The notes below the pieces were generated by a model. The model worked only from the letters and a program-made list of their open reading frames with translations, did not search any database and was not told the DNA's origin. A stretch of 64,000 nt of DNA from Methanocaldococcus sp. 16A (GTDB lineage Archaea; AGJL01; Methanococci; Methanococcales; Methanocaldococcaceae): NCBI GenBank assembly GCA_049860595.1, contig CP187551.1. One strand, given 5' to 3'. Numbering within the stretch: position 1 is the stretch's first letter; the number at the start of each line of letters is the position of its first letter. Position numbers and translations under genes: made by a program. Shown in pieces: positions 1 to 11,638 of the stretch.

Positions 1-486
1 TTTTGTGATGAGCTTGGAATAATGGCTACAAGAATGAATGCAATGATTATAATCACTGCTTTAGGAAATTATAGTATAAAAAAAGTCCCTACATCATTTG
101 AAGAGGCGGAGTTTATATTAAACTTAGGAAAAATTCCTGTGATGGGAGGGACTCATCCTGGACACACAACTGATGCAGTTGCAGCTTCATTGGCAGAGTT
201 TATAAATGCTGATTTGTTAGTTATTGGAACAAATGTTGATGGTGTTTATGACAAAGACCCACATAAATATAAAGATGCTAAAAAATTCGATAAGATGAGT
301 GCTAAACAGCTCGTTGATTTAGCATTATCTTCTTCATTAAAGGCAGGTTCATCATCAGTTGTTGATTTATTAGCTGCTAAGATTATTGAGAGAGCTAAAT
401 TAAAAGTGGCAGTTGTTAAAGGAACACCTGAAGAGCTTTTAAATGTTAGTAAAGGAATAATAAATGGAACAATAATCGAGGGATAA
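1..486 (+). CDS. pyrH: UMP kinase, 5'-truncated by the window edge
   Basis: Frame open from base 1; motifs GGTHPGHTTDAVA and TNVDGVYDKDP of archaeal UMP kinase. Confidence 0.95.
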   Translation, partial: FCDELGIMATRMNAMIIITALGNYSIKKVPTSFEEAEFILNLGKIPVMGGTHPGHTTDAVAASLAEFINADLLVIGTNVDGVYDKDPHKYKDAKKFDKMSAKQLVDLALSSSLKAGSSSVVDLLAAKIIERAKLKVAVVKGTPEELLNVSKGIINGTIIEG

Positions 487-487
487 A

Positions 488-682
488 ATGGAAATTCCAA
501 AGCATAGACACTGTTTAAATTGTGGTATCTCAATTCCTCCAGACCAAGTTTTCTGCTCAGAAAAATGCAGAATTGAATATATGCAAAGAAGGAAAAGGAT
601 GTTAAGAACTCAATATATGTTTTTAGCAATTGCTGGGCTCATAATTCTATACTATATTATCACAATAGCATTAAAAGCATAA
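488..682 (+). CDS. DUF2116-family Zn-ribbon small membrane protein
   Basis: HRHCLNCG...FCSEKC zinc ribbon plus C-terminal hydrophobic helix; starts 1 nt after the pyrH stop. Confidence 0.8.
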   Translation: MEIPKHRHCLNCGISIPPDQVFCSEKCRIEYMQRRKRMLRTQYMFLAIAGLIILYYIITIALKA

Positions 683-684
683 AA

Positions 685-700
685 CCAAAAATTATTTAAA
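685..700 (+). promoter_or_regulatory. Archaeal BRE/TATA promoter for the GC-rich ncRNA
   Basis: ccaaaa-ttatttaaaa about 25 nt upstream of the structured RNA start. Confidence 0.55.
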
Positions 701-720
701 ATATTAAGAGTTCAATTATT

Positions 721-841
721 ATCGCCTATTGTCCTGACTCCTATTTAAGGAGTTGGGACGTGTCGATGACCCAGTTGAGTTTCTACCCCTCTAATCCCCA
801 GAGGGGTAGTAAAATGATGAAGCTGGGGAGGCGTAGGGTGA
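721..841 (+). ncRNA. GC-rich structured RNA with two kink-turns, HgcC-family-like
   Basis: GC island in AT-rich DNA; hairpin 731-759; stems 760-764/830-834, 770-776/821-827 and 783-792/800-809; K-turn motifs CGAUGAC/GGAG and UGAG/UGAUGAA; family assignment from recall. Confidence 0.75.
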
Positions 842-958
842 AATGTAGATATTTATAAAAATACTCTTAAAAAATCTGTTTTATCAAACTTAAAAGTTAA
901 TTTAAAAATTTGGAAACTGAAAACAAATAACAAAAATAAAAATATAGGAGGGAATACA

Positions 959-1351
959 ATGCCAACAGCAAAATTCGTAGTTGCAGACCCAAAAACAGGA
1001 AGATGCTACCAAATTGAGGCAGACAATACACCATTAGTTGGTAAGAAAATTGGAGAAACCTTTGATGGAAAAATTTTAGGTTTAGAAGGGTACAAATTGC
1101 AAATAACAGGAGGTACTGATTCAAGCGGTTTCCCAATGAGACCTGACATCCACGGAAGTAGAAAGGTTAGAGTTTTATTAAGTGCTCCACCAGGATTCAG
1201 ACCAAAAAGAAAAGGAGAAAGAAGAAGAAAAACAGTTAGAGGAAATACAATAGCTCCTGATATCGTCCAAATTAACGTTAAAGTTGTTGAATATGGGGAG
1301 AAATCAATTCCTGAATTGTTAGGATTAGAAGGTGGAAATGAAGAGCAATAA
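959..1351 (+). CDS. rps6e: 30S ribosomal protein S6e
   Basis: [17 protein letters not shown] and [11 protein letters not shown] motifs; SD ggaggg. Confidence 0.97.
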   Translation: MPTAKFVVADPKTGRCYQIEADNTPLVGKKIGETFDGKILGLEGYKLQITGGTDSSGFPMRPDIHGSRKVRVLLSAPPGFRPKRKGERRRKTVRGNTIAPDIVQINVKVVEYGEKSIPELLGLEGGNEEQ

Positions 1352-1601
1352 AATAAAATTATCCACTCAACTTTTAAATTTATTTTTTTGTTGTGGCTAT
1401 TTTATATTAATAGTATTCAATTATAGCATTCAATTTTTAAGCTAAACTAAAATTATAAATAATGAAAATATCCTAAGATATTTAAAATTTAAAAAATTAA
1501 AAAAATTCTATTGTGAAAGTTGTCAATTGCGTTATTAAATGATTTTTATGGATAAAGATAGTAATTAACAATTCTTTAATAATTACTTATGAGGGATAAT
1601 T

Positions 1602-2840
1602 ATGGCAAAGAAAAAACAAGCAGCTAAACAGGCAGAAGTAAATATTGGAATGGTTGGACACGTTGACCATGGAAAAACAAGTTTAACAAAAGCATTAACA
1701 GGAGTTTGGACTGACAGACATAGTGAAGAGTTAAGAAGAGGAATTTCAATTAGATTAGGTTATGCTGATTGTGAGATAAGAAAATGCCCACAATGTGGAA
1801 CTTACACAACAAAACCAAGATGTCCAAACTGTTTAGCTGAAACAGAGTTTTTAAGAAGAGTCTCTTTTGTAGATTCCCCAGGACATGAAACATTGATGGC
1901 TACAATGCTCTCTGGAGCTTCTTTGATGGATGGAGCAATTTTGGTTATAGCTGCTAATGAACCATGCCCACAACCTCAAACAAAAGAGCATTTAATGGCT
2001 TTGGAGATTTTAGGAATTGATAAAATTATTATTGTGCAAAATAAAATTGATTTAGTAGATGAAAAACAGGCAGAAGAAAATTATGAGCAAATAAAAGAAT
2101 TTGTTAAGGGAACAATTGCTGAAAATGCCCCAATAATTCCAATCTCAGCCCACCACGAAGCAAACATTGATGTTTTATTGAAGGCAATACAGGACTTTAT
2201 TCCAACACCTAAAAGAGACCCTGACGCTACACCAAGAATGTATGTTGCAAGAAGCTTTGACATAAACAAGCCAGGAACTGAGATTAAGGATTTAAAAGGA
2301 GGAGTTTTAGGAGGAGCAATTATCCAAGGAGTATTTAAAGTTGGGGATGAGATTGAAATAAGACCTGGAATCAAAGTAACTGAAGGTAACAAAACATTCT
2401 GGAAACCATTAACTACAAAGATTGTTTCATTAGCCGCTGGAAATACCATACTTAGAAAAGCTCATCCAGGAGGTTTGATTGGTGTTGGGACTACATTAGA
2501 CCCATATTTAACAAAATCAGATGCCTTAACTGGAAGCGTTGTTGGATTGCCTGGTACTCTACCACCAATTAGAGAAAAAATAACAATAAGAGCCAATTTG
2601 TTGGATAGAGTTGTAGGAACTAAGGAGGAATTACAGATAGAGCCATTGAGAACAGGAGAGGTTTTAATGCTAAACATTGGAACTGCTACAACCGCAGGAG
2701 TTATAACATCAGCAAGGGGAGATATAGCAGATATAAAATTAAAACTCCCAATATGTGCTGAGATTGGAGATAGAGTAGCTATAAGCAGAAGAGTTGGTTC
2801 AAGGTGGAGATTGATAGGTTATGGAACTATTGAAGGATAA
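1602..2840 (+). CDS. eif2g: Translation initiation factor 2 gamma subunit
   Basis: [14 protein letters not shown] and NKID GTPase motifs; zinc knuckle; RWRLIGYG C-terminus. Confidence 0.98.
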   Translation: MAKKKQAAKQAEVNIGMVGHVDHGKTSLTKALTGVWTDRHSEELRRGISIRLGYADCEIRKCPQCGTYTTKPRCPNCLAETEFLRRVSFVDSPGHETLMATMLSGASLMDGAILVIAANEPCPQPQTKEHLMALEILGIDKIIIVQNKIDLVDEKQAEENYEQIKEFVKGTIAENAPIIPISAHHEANIDVLLKAIQDFIPTPKRDPDATPRMYVARSFDINKPGTEIKDLKGGVLGGAIIQGVFKVGDEIEIRPGIKVTEGNKTFWKPLTTKIVSLAAGNTILRKAHPGGLIGVGTTLDPYLTKSDALTGSVVGLPGTLPPIREKITIRANLLDRVVGTKEELQIEPLRTGEVLMLNIGTATTAGVITSARGDIADIKLKLPICAEIGDRVAISRRVGSRWRLIGYGTIEG

Positions 2841-2857
2841 AATTTGAGGGATTAATA

Positions 2858-3940
2858 ATGATTGAATATCTCTTAAAAAATAAAGAACGGATTATCAAAA
2901 AAATGGAAAAAATTAATAAAATATCCTACAACATCAATGAATATTGGATTGAAGATAATTTTGATGATTCAGTTGAGATGAACTTTGCTGGTGGAGATGG
3001 GAGTTATAATCATATTGACTATATCTCATTTTCATTTTTTGGTGTTGGAGCAGTTAGTTTTATCCACAAAATTGGAGAAAAAGTTAAAAAAACTAAAGAT
3101 AGCTACATTTTTGACATTTCTCATCCATTAGATATTGAAAATAGATTAAGAACTTATATGCTCACTTTAGAGCTAAAAACAGCTCTCCATGTTTTAAAAA
3201 ATTATGACATTGATTATTATCTTTTGGACGGTTCATTATTTTCCCTACTAATCTTTGCAAAGACCAACATTGATAAAGCTGATAAAGATAGGTTTAATTC
3301 TATATACAAAGAATATAAAAAAGAATTAGATAAATATATCGAAGAAGAGATAAAAACTGGAGATATTGGTGTTATATCAAAAGATTTAGAATTGGATAGA
3401 GATGAAAAATTATTAGTTGAGCATGCTGAGTATATATTAACATTAACTAAACTTTTAAAGGAATTTAAAGATAAATTAATTGGTATTTCAAAAACATCTA
3501 AGATAAATATTTATTTTAATGCTGAAATACCAGATATTGCTGTTTTCACAAAATTTACCAATAAGGAAGGTTATTCTATTCCAATAAACTTTATAGAAAT
3601 GATAGGGGAGAAAAAAGGAAAAGTATATAGCCAATTAAGTAGTATAATAAAAGGAATAAACTTTATAAGTAAATATGATGGGAATATTGAAACAGCATAC
3701 ATACAGTTTGTAAGATTGGAGGATAACTGTGGAGTAGTAGGAATAACAAGCTTTAATGAAATAAATAAGGAAGTCTTATCTTCACTAAAGCAGATATCTA
3801 TTAACGGCTACCCCTACATATTAAAAAAATCACATGAAATTGTTGAGATAACTAATAAAAAATTGCAGGCAATTGCAAAAATGCTTAATATTGATGACCC
3901 AATTGCAAGACACGTTTTAGGAAAAAGAAAAAAATTCTGA
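2858..3940 (+). CDS. nurA: NurA 5'-3' DNA repair nuclease
   Basis: AGGDGS, LLDGSL, GISKTS and GYPYILKKSHE motifs. Confidence 0.88.
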   Translation: MIEYLLKNKERIIKKMEKINKISYNINEYWIEDNFDDSVEMNFAGGDGSYNHIDYISFSFFGVGAVSFIHKIGEKVKKTKDSYIFDISHPLDIENRLRTYMLTLELKTALHVLKNYDIDYYLLDGSLFSLLIFAKTNIDKADKDRFNSIYKEYKKELDKYIEEEIKTGDIGVISKDLELDRDEKLLVEHAEYILTLTKLLKEFKDKLIGISKTSKINIYFNAEIPDIAVFTKFTNKEGYSIPINFIEMIGEKKGKVYSQLSSIIKGINFISKYDGNIETAYIQFVRLEDNCGVVGITSFNEINKEVLSSLKQISINGYPYILKKSHEIVEITNKKLQAIAKMLNIDDPIARHVLGKRKKF

Positions 3941-3957
3941 CATAAAGGAGGGGGATA

Positions 3958-5913
3958 ATGAAGTATTTAATAACTACCGCCTTAGCATACACAAACGGTC
4001 CTCTACACTTAGGTCATGCAAGAAGCACCTACATCCCAGCAGATATTATGTATAAATATTTAAAGTTGAGAGGAGAGGATGTTATCCATATAGGTGGAAC
4101 TGACAACCATGGAGTTCCAATAACATTAACTGCCGAGAAAGAAGGAAAAAGTCCAGAAGAAATTGTTGAAAAATACCATAATGAGATTAAAGAAGATTTA
4201 GATTTATTAGGAGTAGAGTTTGATGCTTTTGGAAAGACTCACAGCCAAATACATATAGAAACAGCTCAGGAATTTTATTTAAAATTGAAAGAAAACGGCT
4301 ATATATATGAAAAAGAGATAGAGCAATTTTACTGCCCAAACTGTAAAAAATTCTTGCCAGATAGATATGTTGAAGGAATCTGCCCATACTGTGGAGGGGA
4401 AGCAAGAGGTGACCACTGTGAGGTTTGTGGAAGACACTTAGAACCGTTTGAGTTGAAAGAGCCTTACTGCGTTATCTGCAAAGGGAAGCCTGAGATTAAG
4501 AAAACAAAACATTACTTCTTTAAGTTAAGTGCTTTAAAAAAGGAGTTAGAGGAATATATAAAAAATGCAGAGGAAATGCCAGAGCATGTTAAAAATATGG
4601 CATTAAATTGGATTAAAGAGTTGCATGATTGGGATATTTCAAGGGACATAAGCTGGGGAGTTCCAATTCCTGGAACCAATCAAGTAATGTATGTTTGGTT
4701 AGAGGCACCTATTGGCTATATCTCATTTACAAAAATGTTGGGGGATGTTTGGAAGAAATATTGGTTAGAGAAAGATACAAAGATTTATCACTTCATTGGG
4801 AAGGATATAACTGTCCATCATGCTGTATTTTGGCCAGGAATGTTAATTGCTCATGGAGATTACAATTTGCCAACAGCAGTTATTAGTGGAGGTTATTTAA
4901 CTTTAGAAGGAAGAAAGATGAGTACAAGTAAAAGATGGGTAGTTTGGGTTAAAGATTTTGTAAAACACTTTGATGCTGATTATTTAAGATATTATTTAAT
5001 TATGTCAGCTCCTTTGTTTAAAGATTGTGATTTCTCATTTGACGATTTCAAAAATAAGATAAATAATGAGCTAATCAATATAATTGGAAACTTTACTCAC
5101 AGAGTTTTAACATTCACACATAGAAAGTTTAAAAAAGTGCCTATTGTTGATGAAAACAGACTGAAAGAGGAAGATAAAGCTTTATTGAAAAAATGTGAAG
5201 AGACTATTGAGGCAGTGGATAAAAACATAAGGAGCTTTAAGTTTAGAGATGCTTTAGTTAGCATATTACATCTTGCTATTGAAGGAAACAGCTACTTCCA
5301 AAAGATGGAACCATGGGCAGTTGATAATGAAGAAAGATTAGAGGAAATATTATATACTTGCTGTAAGACAGTAAAAACTCTCTCCTATTTGTTATATCCA
5401 TACATGCCAAGAAAATCTTCTGAATTATTGGAATTAATGAATGAAGAACTTGATTTGAATTTGAGAGGGAATGAGTTGAAAAAACCAAAGATTATATTTA
5501 AAAAGATAGATGATAAAAAGATAGAAGAGATTAAGAAAAAACTTTATGAAAATAAAATAGAAGAAAATGAAGGAGGAGATAAAATGGAGCAAATAGATAT
5601 AAGTTATTTAGAAAAGATTGATTTGAGAGTAGGAGAGATTGTTGAAGCAGAGGACATACCAAAGTCTAAAAAGTTGTTAAAACTAATTGTTGATTTAGGA
5701 GATGAGAAAAGACAGATAGTTTCAGGAATTAAAAACTACTATAAACCAGAAGAGTTAGTTGGTAAAAAAGTTATAGTTATTTGCAACTTAAAACCAGCAA
5801 AATTGTGTGGAGTTTTATCTGAAGGTATGATTTTAGCAGCTGAAGATGATGAAGGGAATGTTAGCTTATTAACTATTGATAAAGACATAAAAGCAGGTAG
5901 TAAGGTTAGATAA
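3958..5913 (+). CDS. metG: Methionyl-tRNA synthetase with C-terminal Trbp111-like domain
   Basis: HLGH, KMSTS, zinc knuckles, C-terminal OB-fold ([19 protein letters not shown]). Confidence 0.98.
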   Translation: MKYLITTALAYTNGPLHLGHARSTYIPADIMYKYLKLRGEDVIHIGGTDNHGVPITLTAEKEGKSPEEIVEKYHNEIKEDLDLLGVEFDAFGKTHSQIHIETAQEFYLKLKENGYIYEKEIEQFYCPNCKKFLPDRYVEGICPYCGGEARGDHCEVCGRHLEPFELKEPYCVICKGKPEIKKTKHYFFKLSALKKELEEYIKNAEEMPEHVKNMALNWIKELHDWDISRDISWGVPIPGTNQVMYVWLEAPIGYISFTKMLGDVWKKYWLEKDTKIYHFIGKDITVHHAVFWPGMLIAHGDYNLPTAVISGGYLTLEGRKMSTSKRWVVWVKDFVKHFDADYLRYYLIMSAPLFKDCDFSFDDFKNKINNELINIIGNFTHRVLTFTHRKFKKVPIVDENRLKEEDKALLKKCEETIEAVDKNIRSFKFRDALVSILHLAIEGNSYFQKMEPWAVDNEERLEEILYTCCKTVKTLSYLLYPYMPRKSSELLELMNEELDLNLRGNELKKPKIIFKKIDDKKIEEIKKKLYENKIEENEGGDKMEQIDISYLEKIDLRVGEIVEAEDIPKSKKLLKLIVDLGDEKRQIVSGIKNYYKPEELVGKKVIVICNLKPAKLCGVLSEGMILAAEDDEGNVSLLTIDKDIKAGSKVR

Positions 5914-5940
5914 AAAAATAAAAATTTTATTCTGAATAGT

Positions 5941-8142
5941 TTAAAGTTCTCCCATCATTTTTGGAAATGCTTCATAATATCTCTTTTTAATTTCATTTAC
6001 ATTCAAATCAATAACGTTCTTTTCATTAATCTTTATTTTCAATCTATTTCCTCCAACTTTTCCAATTACATAGGTAGAACTTAGCTTGCTAAGAACTTTA
6101 TCTTTATTTTCTTCTCTAACAGCTAAAATTATTCTTCCAGAGGTTTCTGAGAACAACAATACATCCTCTCTTAAATTGTTTTTATTATAGGAGGTTAAAT
6201 CAACTTCTAAACCAATATTGTTTAATATAGCCATTTTAGCCAAAGCTACAGCTAAACCTCCTCTTGAACAATCCACAGCCTCAGTAACTAATCCCTCTTT
6301 TATAACCTCTCTAACTTCAGCATAAATCTTCTTTTCCTTCTCTAAATCCACTCTTGGGACTTTTCCTTCTTCAGTATTGTGTATAACTTTATAATACTCA
6401 CTACCTCCCATCTCATCTTTTGTTTCATTTGTAATTATTAATATATCTCCTTCCTTAATCTTATTATCTAAAACTCCTGGAACTTTTTCAACATTTTCTA
6501 CTCTACCAAGTACAAATATTGCTGGAGTAGGGTTTATTGGAAACTCTTTTCCTTCAATAATTGTTTCATTGTATAAACTTACATTTCCTCCAACAACCGG
6601 AATTTCAAAAAATTCAGCAGCATCTGCTAAACCTCTTATACACTCAGCTAACTGCCAAAATCTCTCTGGTCTTTCAGGATTTCCAAAGTTTAAATTATCA
6701 AGCATGGCTATTGGTTCAGCTCCAACTGTTGCTAAATTTCTCACAGCTTCAGCAACGGCATTTACAGCCCCTACATAAGGGTTTAGTTTGCAGTATCTTG
6801 AATTACAGTCTGTTGTTAAAGCAATTCCCATAGGATAAATCTCATTTATTCTTAAAACAGCTGCATCTTTTCCTGGCTTTACAACAGTTCTTATTTGGAC
6901 CTCATGGTCATACTGTTGATAAATCCATTCTTTTGAGCAAATATTTGGACTTTCAAGCAATTTTAATAACACTTCATTCAAATCTTCAGGCATTTTTATT
7001 TTTTCTTTATCATCATCTCTTTCTTTTAAATCTTCTTTAGCTTCTCTATCATATAAAGGAGCTTCACATAACAAATCTAATGGTAAATCAACTACAACTT
7101 CTCCTTTGTATTTGGCAATAATTCTCTTTTCTGGAATTGTTTTTCCAATAACTGATGCAGGTAGTTCATACTTTTTAAATATCTCAATTATCTCATTTTC
7201 ACTTCCTGGTTCAACAGCTAACAACATCCTTTCCTGACTTTCAGAGACCATAATTTCGTATGGAGTTAGAGGCTCCCTCAATACAACATTTTCTAAGTAA
7301 AGCTCACAACCTACTCCTCCACCATAGCACATCTCAGATGAAGCCCCTGAAAGACCTGCAGCACCTAAATCTTTCATTGCTTTAACTTTTCCTGTTTTTG
7401 TTGCTTCTAAGATAGCATCAATTAAACATTTTTCAGAAAATGCATCTCCCACCTGAACACTAGGCCTCTCTTCTTCACTTTCCTCAGTTAAATCCTTTGA
7501 TGCAAATGAAGCTCCTCCTATTCCATCCCTTCCAGTTGAGCCAACCAATATTAAAGATAAACCTGGCTCTTTAGCTTTCCCTGTAATAATTTCATTCTCC
7601 TTAACTAAACCAACACACACAACATTTACTAAGTTGTTGTAATCAAAAGAGCTATCAAATTCACATTCCCCACCAACTGTTGGAACACCTATCCTGTTTC
7701 CATAATCTCCAATACCTTTAACTACTCCTTCAATTAACCATCTAACTTTATCTCCTTCCTTTCCAAATATATCTCCAAACCTCAATGGGTCTAATAAAGC
7801 TATTGGTTTAGCTCCCATTGACAGAACATCTCTAACAATTCCTCCAACTCCTGTAGCAGCTCCATTGTATGGGTCTATGTATGATGGATGATTATGGCTT
7901 TCCATAGCTATTGCTAAGCAGATATCATCTTTCAATCTAATTACAGCAGCATCATCTCCAATTCCTATAACAATGTTTTTGTTTGTTTTCTCATTGATAG
8001 TTTTAGCAAACATCCTTAAGAGCTTTTTTGATGTTCTGTAAGCACAGTGCTCACTCCATAAGTTTTCAAACATTGCTAACTCTACGTGGTTTGGTTTTCT
8101 TCCTAAAACTTTTTCTATATACTTTAAATCATTCTCATCCAT
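5941..8142 (-). CDS. purL: FGAM synthase subunit PurL
   Basis: WSEHCAY, ESHNHPS and DLGAAGL motifs. Confidence 0.98.
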   Translation of the reverse strand: MDENDLKYIEKVLGRKPNHVELAMFENLWSEHCAYRTSKKLLRMFAKTINEKTNKNIVIGIGDDAAVIRLKDDICLAIAMESHNHPSYIDPYNGAATGVGGIVRDVLSMGAKPIALLDPLRFGDIFGKEGDKVRWLIEGVVKGIGDYGNRIGVPTVGGECEFDSSFDYNNLVNVVCVGLVKENEIITGKAKEPGLSLILVGSTGRDGIGGASFASKDLTEESEEERPSVQVGDAFSEKCLIDAILEATKTGKVKAMKDLGAAGLSGASSEMCYGGGVGCELYLENVVLREPLTPYEIMVSESQERMLLAVEPGSENEIIEIFKKYELPASVIGKTIPEKRIIAKYKGEVVVDLPLDLLCEAPLYDREAKEDLKERDDDKEKIKMPEDLNEVLLKLLESPNICSKEWIYQQYDHEVQIRTVVKPGKDAAVLRINEIYPMGIALTTDCNSRYCKLNPYVGAVNAVAEAVRNLATVGAEPIAMLDNLNFGNPERPERFWQLAECIRGLADAAEFFEIPVVGGNVSLYNETIIEGKEFPINPTPAIFVLGRVENVEKVPGVLDNKIKEGDILIITNETKDEMGGSEYYKVIHNTEEGKVPRVDLEKEKKIYAEVREVIKEGLVTEAVDCSRGGLAVALAKMAILNNIGLEVDLTSYNKNNLREDVLLFSETSGRIILAVREENKDKVLSKLSSTYVIGKVGGNRLKIKINEKNVIDLNVNEIKKRYYEAFPKMMGEL

Positions 8143-8212
8143 AATTACACCTTATTAATATTATTTGGGTTGATATACAAAAAATGAAAAATTAACTATT
8201 AAACCTTTATGC

Positions 8213-8635
8213 TTATTCACTGAATATTTCATCCTCTTTAAAAAATAGTTTTATCTCTCTTTCAGCACTTTCCTTTGAGTCAGAAGCATGAATTACATTA
8301 TCTGGAGTTGTTAAAGCAAAATCTCCTCTTATAGTTCCTGGCTCTGCTTCAGTAGGGTTTGTTTTGCCTATCATTTTCCTCACAACAGCTATTGCATTTT
8401 CCCCCTCAATAACCATAACTATCATTCTTCCAGAGGTCATAAAGTTTATTAATCTTTCATAAAACTCTTTTCCTTTATGCTCTTCATACCATTTCTCTGC
8501 CATCTCTCTGTCTAATTTAATCATTTTCATAGCTATAATTTCTAAGCCCTTATTTTCAAATCTTTCAATAATTTTTCCAATCAATTTTCTTTTTACAGCA
8601 TCTGGTTTTAAAGCCACAAAGGTTCTTTCTTTCAT
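8213..8635 (-). CDS. ndk: Nucleoside diphosphate kinase
   Basis: [18 protein letters not shown] and NVIHASDS motifs; start set at ATG 8635. Confidence 0.97.
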   Translation of the reverse strand: MKERTFVALKPDAVKRKLIGKIIERFENKGLEIIAMKMIKLDREMAEKWYEEHKGKEFYERLINFMTSGRMIVMVIEGENAIAVVRKMIGKTNPTEAEPGTIRGDFALTTPDNVIHASDSKESAEREIKLFFKEDEIFSE

Positions 8636-8893
8636 AGATATCACATTTTTAATTTTTACATTAAACATTTAATCTATTTTAGATGTTCATACTTTATAAA
8701 ATTTTGATGATGTGTCATTGAAATAGTAATAATATTTATTAATCAAATTCATCTTGTTCTATCCTAAAAATATTTCGCTATTCCATAAAAAATATTATTC
8801 CTACATTCTTAGATTAATTTAAATTTATATTCATTTACGCTAAATAAAAACTATATGTGGAAATATATAAAAATTTAAGTAATTTTATAATAT

Positions 8894-8910
8894 CCGCAAA
8901 AATTTTATAC
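8894..8910 (+). promoter_or_regulatory. BRE/TATA promoter of tRNA-Val
   Basis: ccgcaaaaattttatac about 30 nt upstream of the tRNA. Confidence 0.6.
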
Positions 8911-8939
8911 CCTAAATATTGTTAAAATTTTTATGTATT

Positions 8940-9012
8940 GGGCTCGTGGTCTAGTGGCTATGACGCCGCCCTCACAAGGCGGTGGTCGCGGGTTCGAATC
9001 CCGCCGAGCCCA
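8940..9012 (+). tRNA. tRNA-Val(CAC), CCA not encoded
   Basis: Acceptor GGGCTCG/CGAGCCC, anticodon arm CCGCC-CTCACAA-GGCGG, T-loop TTCGAAT. Confidence 0.97.
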
Positions 9013-9113
9013 CTATTTATTGTAGATATTTTTATTTCATTCATTTTTATTTAGTTTTTGAATTTTCTTTTTTTAGTCAAAGTTCGATATAGCCATAATT
9101 TTGAGGTGTTTTT

Positions 9114-10304
9114 ATGAAACTCAGAATGAAGCCAGAGGATTTTATCGTTGAAGAAATTATCGATTTTGATAAAATATCTGGAGATAAATGTTACTTATAC
9201 AAATTAACAAAAAGAAATATAGAGAGTTTAAAAGCCTTCTCCTATATATCAAAAAAATTTAAAATTCCATTAAAAGATATTGGTTACTGTGGATTGAAAG
9301 ATAGGCATGCTTTAACATCTCAATATATATCCATACCAAAAAAATATGGGAAACTAAGCTTAGACGAACCAAATTTAAAATTGAAGTTAGTTGGAGAATC
9401 AAAATTTTTATTATTGGGGGATTTAGAGGGGAATAAATTTACAATAACAGTTAGGGGTTTAAAAAAGGATGATATTCCAAAGATTAAAGAAAATTTAAAT
9501 TATTTAAATTATGGAGCTCCAAATTATTTTGATAGTCAGAGATTTGGTAGTGTTTTTGATAAAAAATTTATTGCTAAAGAAGTAATAAAAGGCAACTACG
9601 AAGAAGCTGTAAAAATATTACTAACAAAATACAAAAAATCTGAAAAGAAGATAATAAAAGATTTAAAGAGATTTATAGCTAAAAACTGGGGAGATTGGGA
9701 CAAGGTTTGGAAGTATATTAAAGAAAATAATATAAAGGCAAGATTATATGTAAATATGGTTAAAGAACTTAAAAAAAGTAATGATTACAAAAAAGCTTTA
9801 AGCTATGTTGATGATAGATTGAAGAAAATTTTTGTTGCTGCCTATCAAAGCTATCTATGGAATGAATGTGTAAAAGAGTTATTAAATAAATATATCCCAG
9901 AAAAAGATAGAGTTTATTACGAATATGAATGTGGAACTTTTATGTTTTACAAAAAAATGGATGATGAGATTTTTAATATCTTGAGGAGTAAAAAGTTTCC
10001 AACAATAGCACCAGATGTTGAATATCATGGAGAAGAAAGAGAAATTATTGACAAAATTTTAAAAAAAGAAGGAATTTCCATGGAAGAGTTAAATAACATT
10101 GGAGATTTAGGAAGATTTATATACAACGAGAGGAAGATAATCTTAATACCCAAAAATTTAAAAATTGGAGAATTTGAAGAGGATGAGTTAAATAAAGGAA
10201 AATATAAGATAACTTTAAGTTATGAATTAGAGAAAGGAAGTTATGCAACAATTATAATAAAGAGGGCTTTCTTAGGAGTAAAAACTAAAAAAAGAAAGAG
10301 ATAA
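9114..10304 (+). CDS. truD: tRNA pseudouridine synthase TruD/Pus7
   Basis: PEDFIVEE, GLKDRHALT and PNYFDSQRFG motifs. Confidence 0.95.
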   Translation: MKLRMKPEDFIVEEIIDFDKISGDKCYLYKLTKRNIESLKAFSYISKKFKIPLKDIGYCGLKDRHALTSQYISIPKKYGKLSLDEPNLKLKLVGESKFLLLGDLEGNKFTITVRGLKKDDIPKIKENLNYLNYGAPNYFDSQRFGSVFDKKFIAKEVIKGNYEEAVKILLTKYKKSEKKIIKDLKRFIAKNWGDWDKVWKYIKENNIKARLYVNMVKELKKSNDYKKALSYVDDRLKKIFVAAYQSYLWNECVKELLNKYIPEKDRVYYEYECGTFMFYKKMDDEIFNILRSKKFPTIAPDVEYHGEEREIIDKILKKEGISMEELNNIGDLGRFIYNERKIILIPKNLKIGEFEEDELNKGKYKITLSYELEKGSYATIIIKRAFLGVKTKKRKR

Positions 10305-10308
10305 TTTA

Positions 10309-10404
10309 AATAGGACTTTCGCAGGAATAAATATTTTATTGAATATAGACACCTTTAAGTGTCTAAATTCCAAAATTAATATATTAAGTTGCGAAAGTCC
10401 TATT
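10309..10404. repeat. MJRE-like palindromic repeat (MITE-like), copy 1
   Basis: 15-bp perfect IR aataggactttcgca/tgcgaaagtcctatt with central hairpin tagacac/gtgtcta. Confidence 0.9.
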
Positions 10405-10412
10405 ATATTTAA

Positions 10413-11615
10413 GTGGTGATTGTTTTGAAACATGTTAAAATATTTAATGGAGTTAATGAATGCGATATCTATTTAATTGGAACTGCCCATGTTTCAAAAG
10501 ATAGTGTTGAAGAAGTTGAAAAGATTATATCATCTGTTTCTCCAGAAGGAATTGCTGTAGAGCTTGATGATAAAAGATTTTTTTCATTAATATCAGATAA
10601 TGATGAGAGAAAAGTGGATTTAAAAAAAGTTTTAAAGGAAGGAAATTTCATAAGATTTTTCATATATTTGATTTTAGCTAATTCTCAAAAAAAGATAGGG
10701 GAAAGTTTTGGAATAAAACCGGGTAGTGAGATGAAAAAAGCTATAGAATTAGCAAGTTTATATGGACTTCCTATATATCTGATTGATAGAGATATTGATA
10801 TAACTTTATCAAGATTAATGGATAAAATGAGTTTTAAAGAAAAAATAAAGATTCTTTGGGAGCTATTAAATTCTAATGAAGAAGAGTTAGAGCTGAATGA
10901 TGATTTATTAAATGAGATGGTTGAAAATCCTGAAAAATTTACTAAATTGTTAAAAGAGATATCTCCAACAATATATGAAGTTTTAGTGGATGAGAGAGAT
11001 AGATTTATGGCTAAAAGATTATTTGAACTTAGTAAAGGTAGAAATTCAATAGTTGCTGTAGTTGGAGCAGGACATGTTGAAGGAATTGTGAGATATTTAA
11101 AACAGCTTGAAAATGGTGAAGATATTGATTTAATGGAGTTAATAATGATAAAAAAGAGAAAAAAATCACTAACAAAGCTTTTAACTTATGGTATTTCATT
11201 GGCAATAATTGCTATCTTTTTGTATATTGTGTATTATGCGTTAAGTAATCCTGAATTGTTGAAGATGATTACTTTTCAGTGGATAGTATTTACTGGAGGT
11301 TTATCTGCTTTAGGAGTTATATTAGCGAGAGGTAAGTTGATAACAGCATTAATTGCCTTTCTTTCAGCTCCTATAACAACACTTGTCCCATTACCATTAG
11401 CGGCTGTAGGAACAATAGCAGGACTTGTAGAGCTAAAATATAGAGAAATAACAGATAAAGATTTAGTGGAAATAATAAATGCTGAATCAATTAAAGAGCT
11501 TTTAAACAACAATTTATTTAGAGTTTTGTTAGTGGCAACATTATCAAATATAGGGGCATCAATTGGTGTGTTCTATTGCTTAGGAAAGTTTATAGGTTTT
11601 TGCAAAATCTTTTAG
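10413..11615 (+). CDS. TraB/PrgY (pheromone shutdown) family protein
   Basis: IGTAHVS, PGSEM, LVDERD and VVGAGH motifs plus C-terminal TM helices. Confidence 0.9.
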   Translation: MVIVLKHVKIFNGVNECDIYLIGTAHVSKDSVEEVEKIISSVSPEGIAVELDDKRFFSLISDNDERKVDLKKVLKEGNFIRFFIYLILANSQKKIGESFGIKPGSEMKKAIELASLYGLPIYLIDRDIDITLSRLMDKMSFKEKIKILWELLNSNEEELELNDDLLNEMVENPEKFTKLLKEISPTIYEVLVDERDRFMAKRLFELSKGRNSIVAVVGAGHVEGIVRYLKQLENGEDIDLMELIMIKKRKKSLTKLLTYGISLAIIAIFLYIVYYALSNPELLKMITFQWIVFTGGLSALGVILARGKLITALIAFLSAPITTLVPLPLAAVGTIAGLVELKYREITDKDLVEIINAESIKELLNNNLFRVLLVATLSNIGASIGVFYCLGKFIGFCKIF

Positions 11616-11638
11616 GATAAAGTTTGTAAAAACCTATA
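11591..11638. repeat. Mini palindromic element overlapping the 3' end of the TraB gene
   Basis: 16-bp IR tataggtttttgcaaa/tttgtaaaaacctata (1 mismatch) with a 16-nt spacer. Confidence 0.7.

Noticed and set aside
8704-8770. Possible C/D box sRNA (tgatga) in the ndk/tRNA-Val gap
   Set aside because: No CTGA D boxes at suitable spacing, and the region is AT-rich
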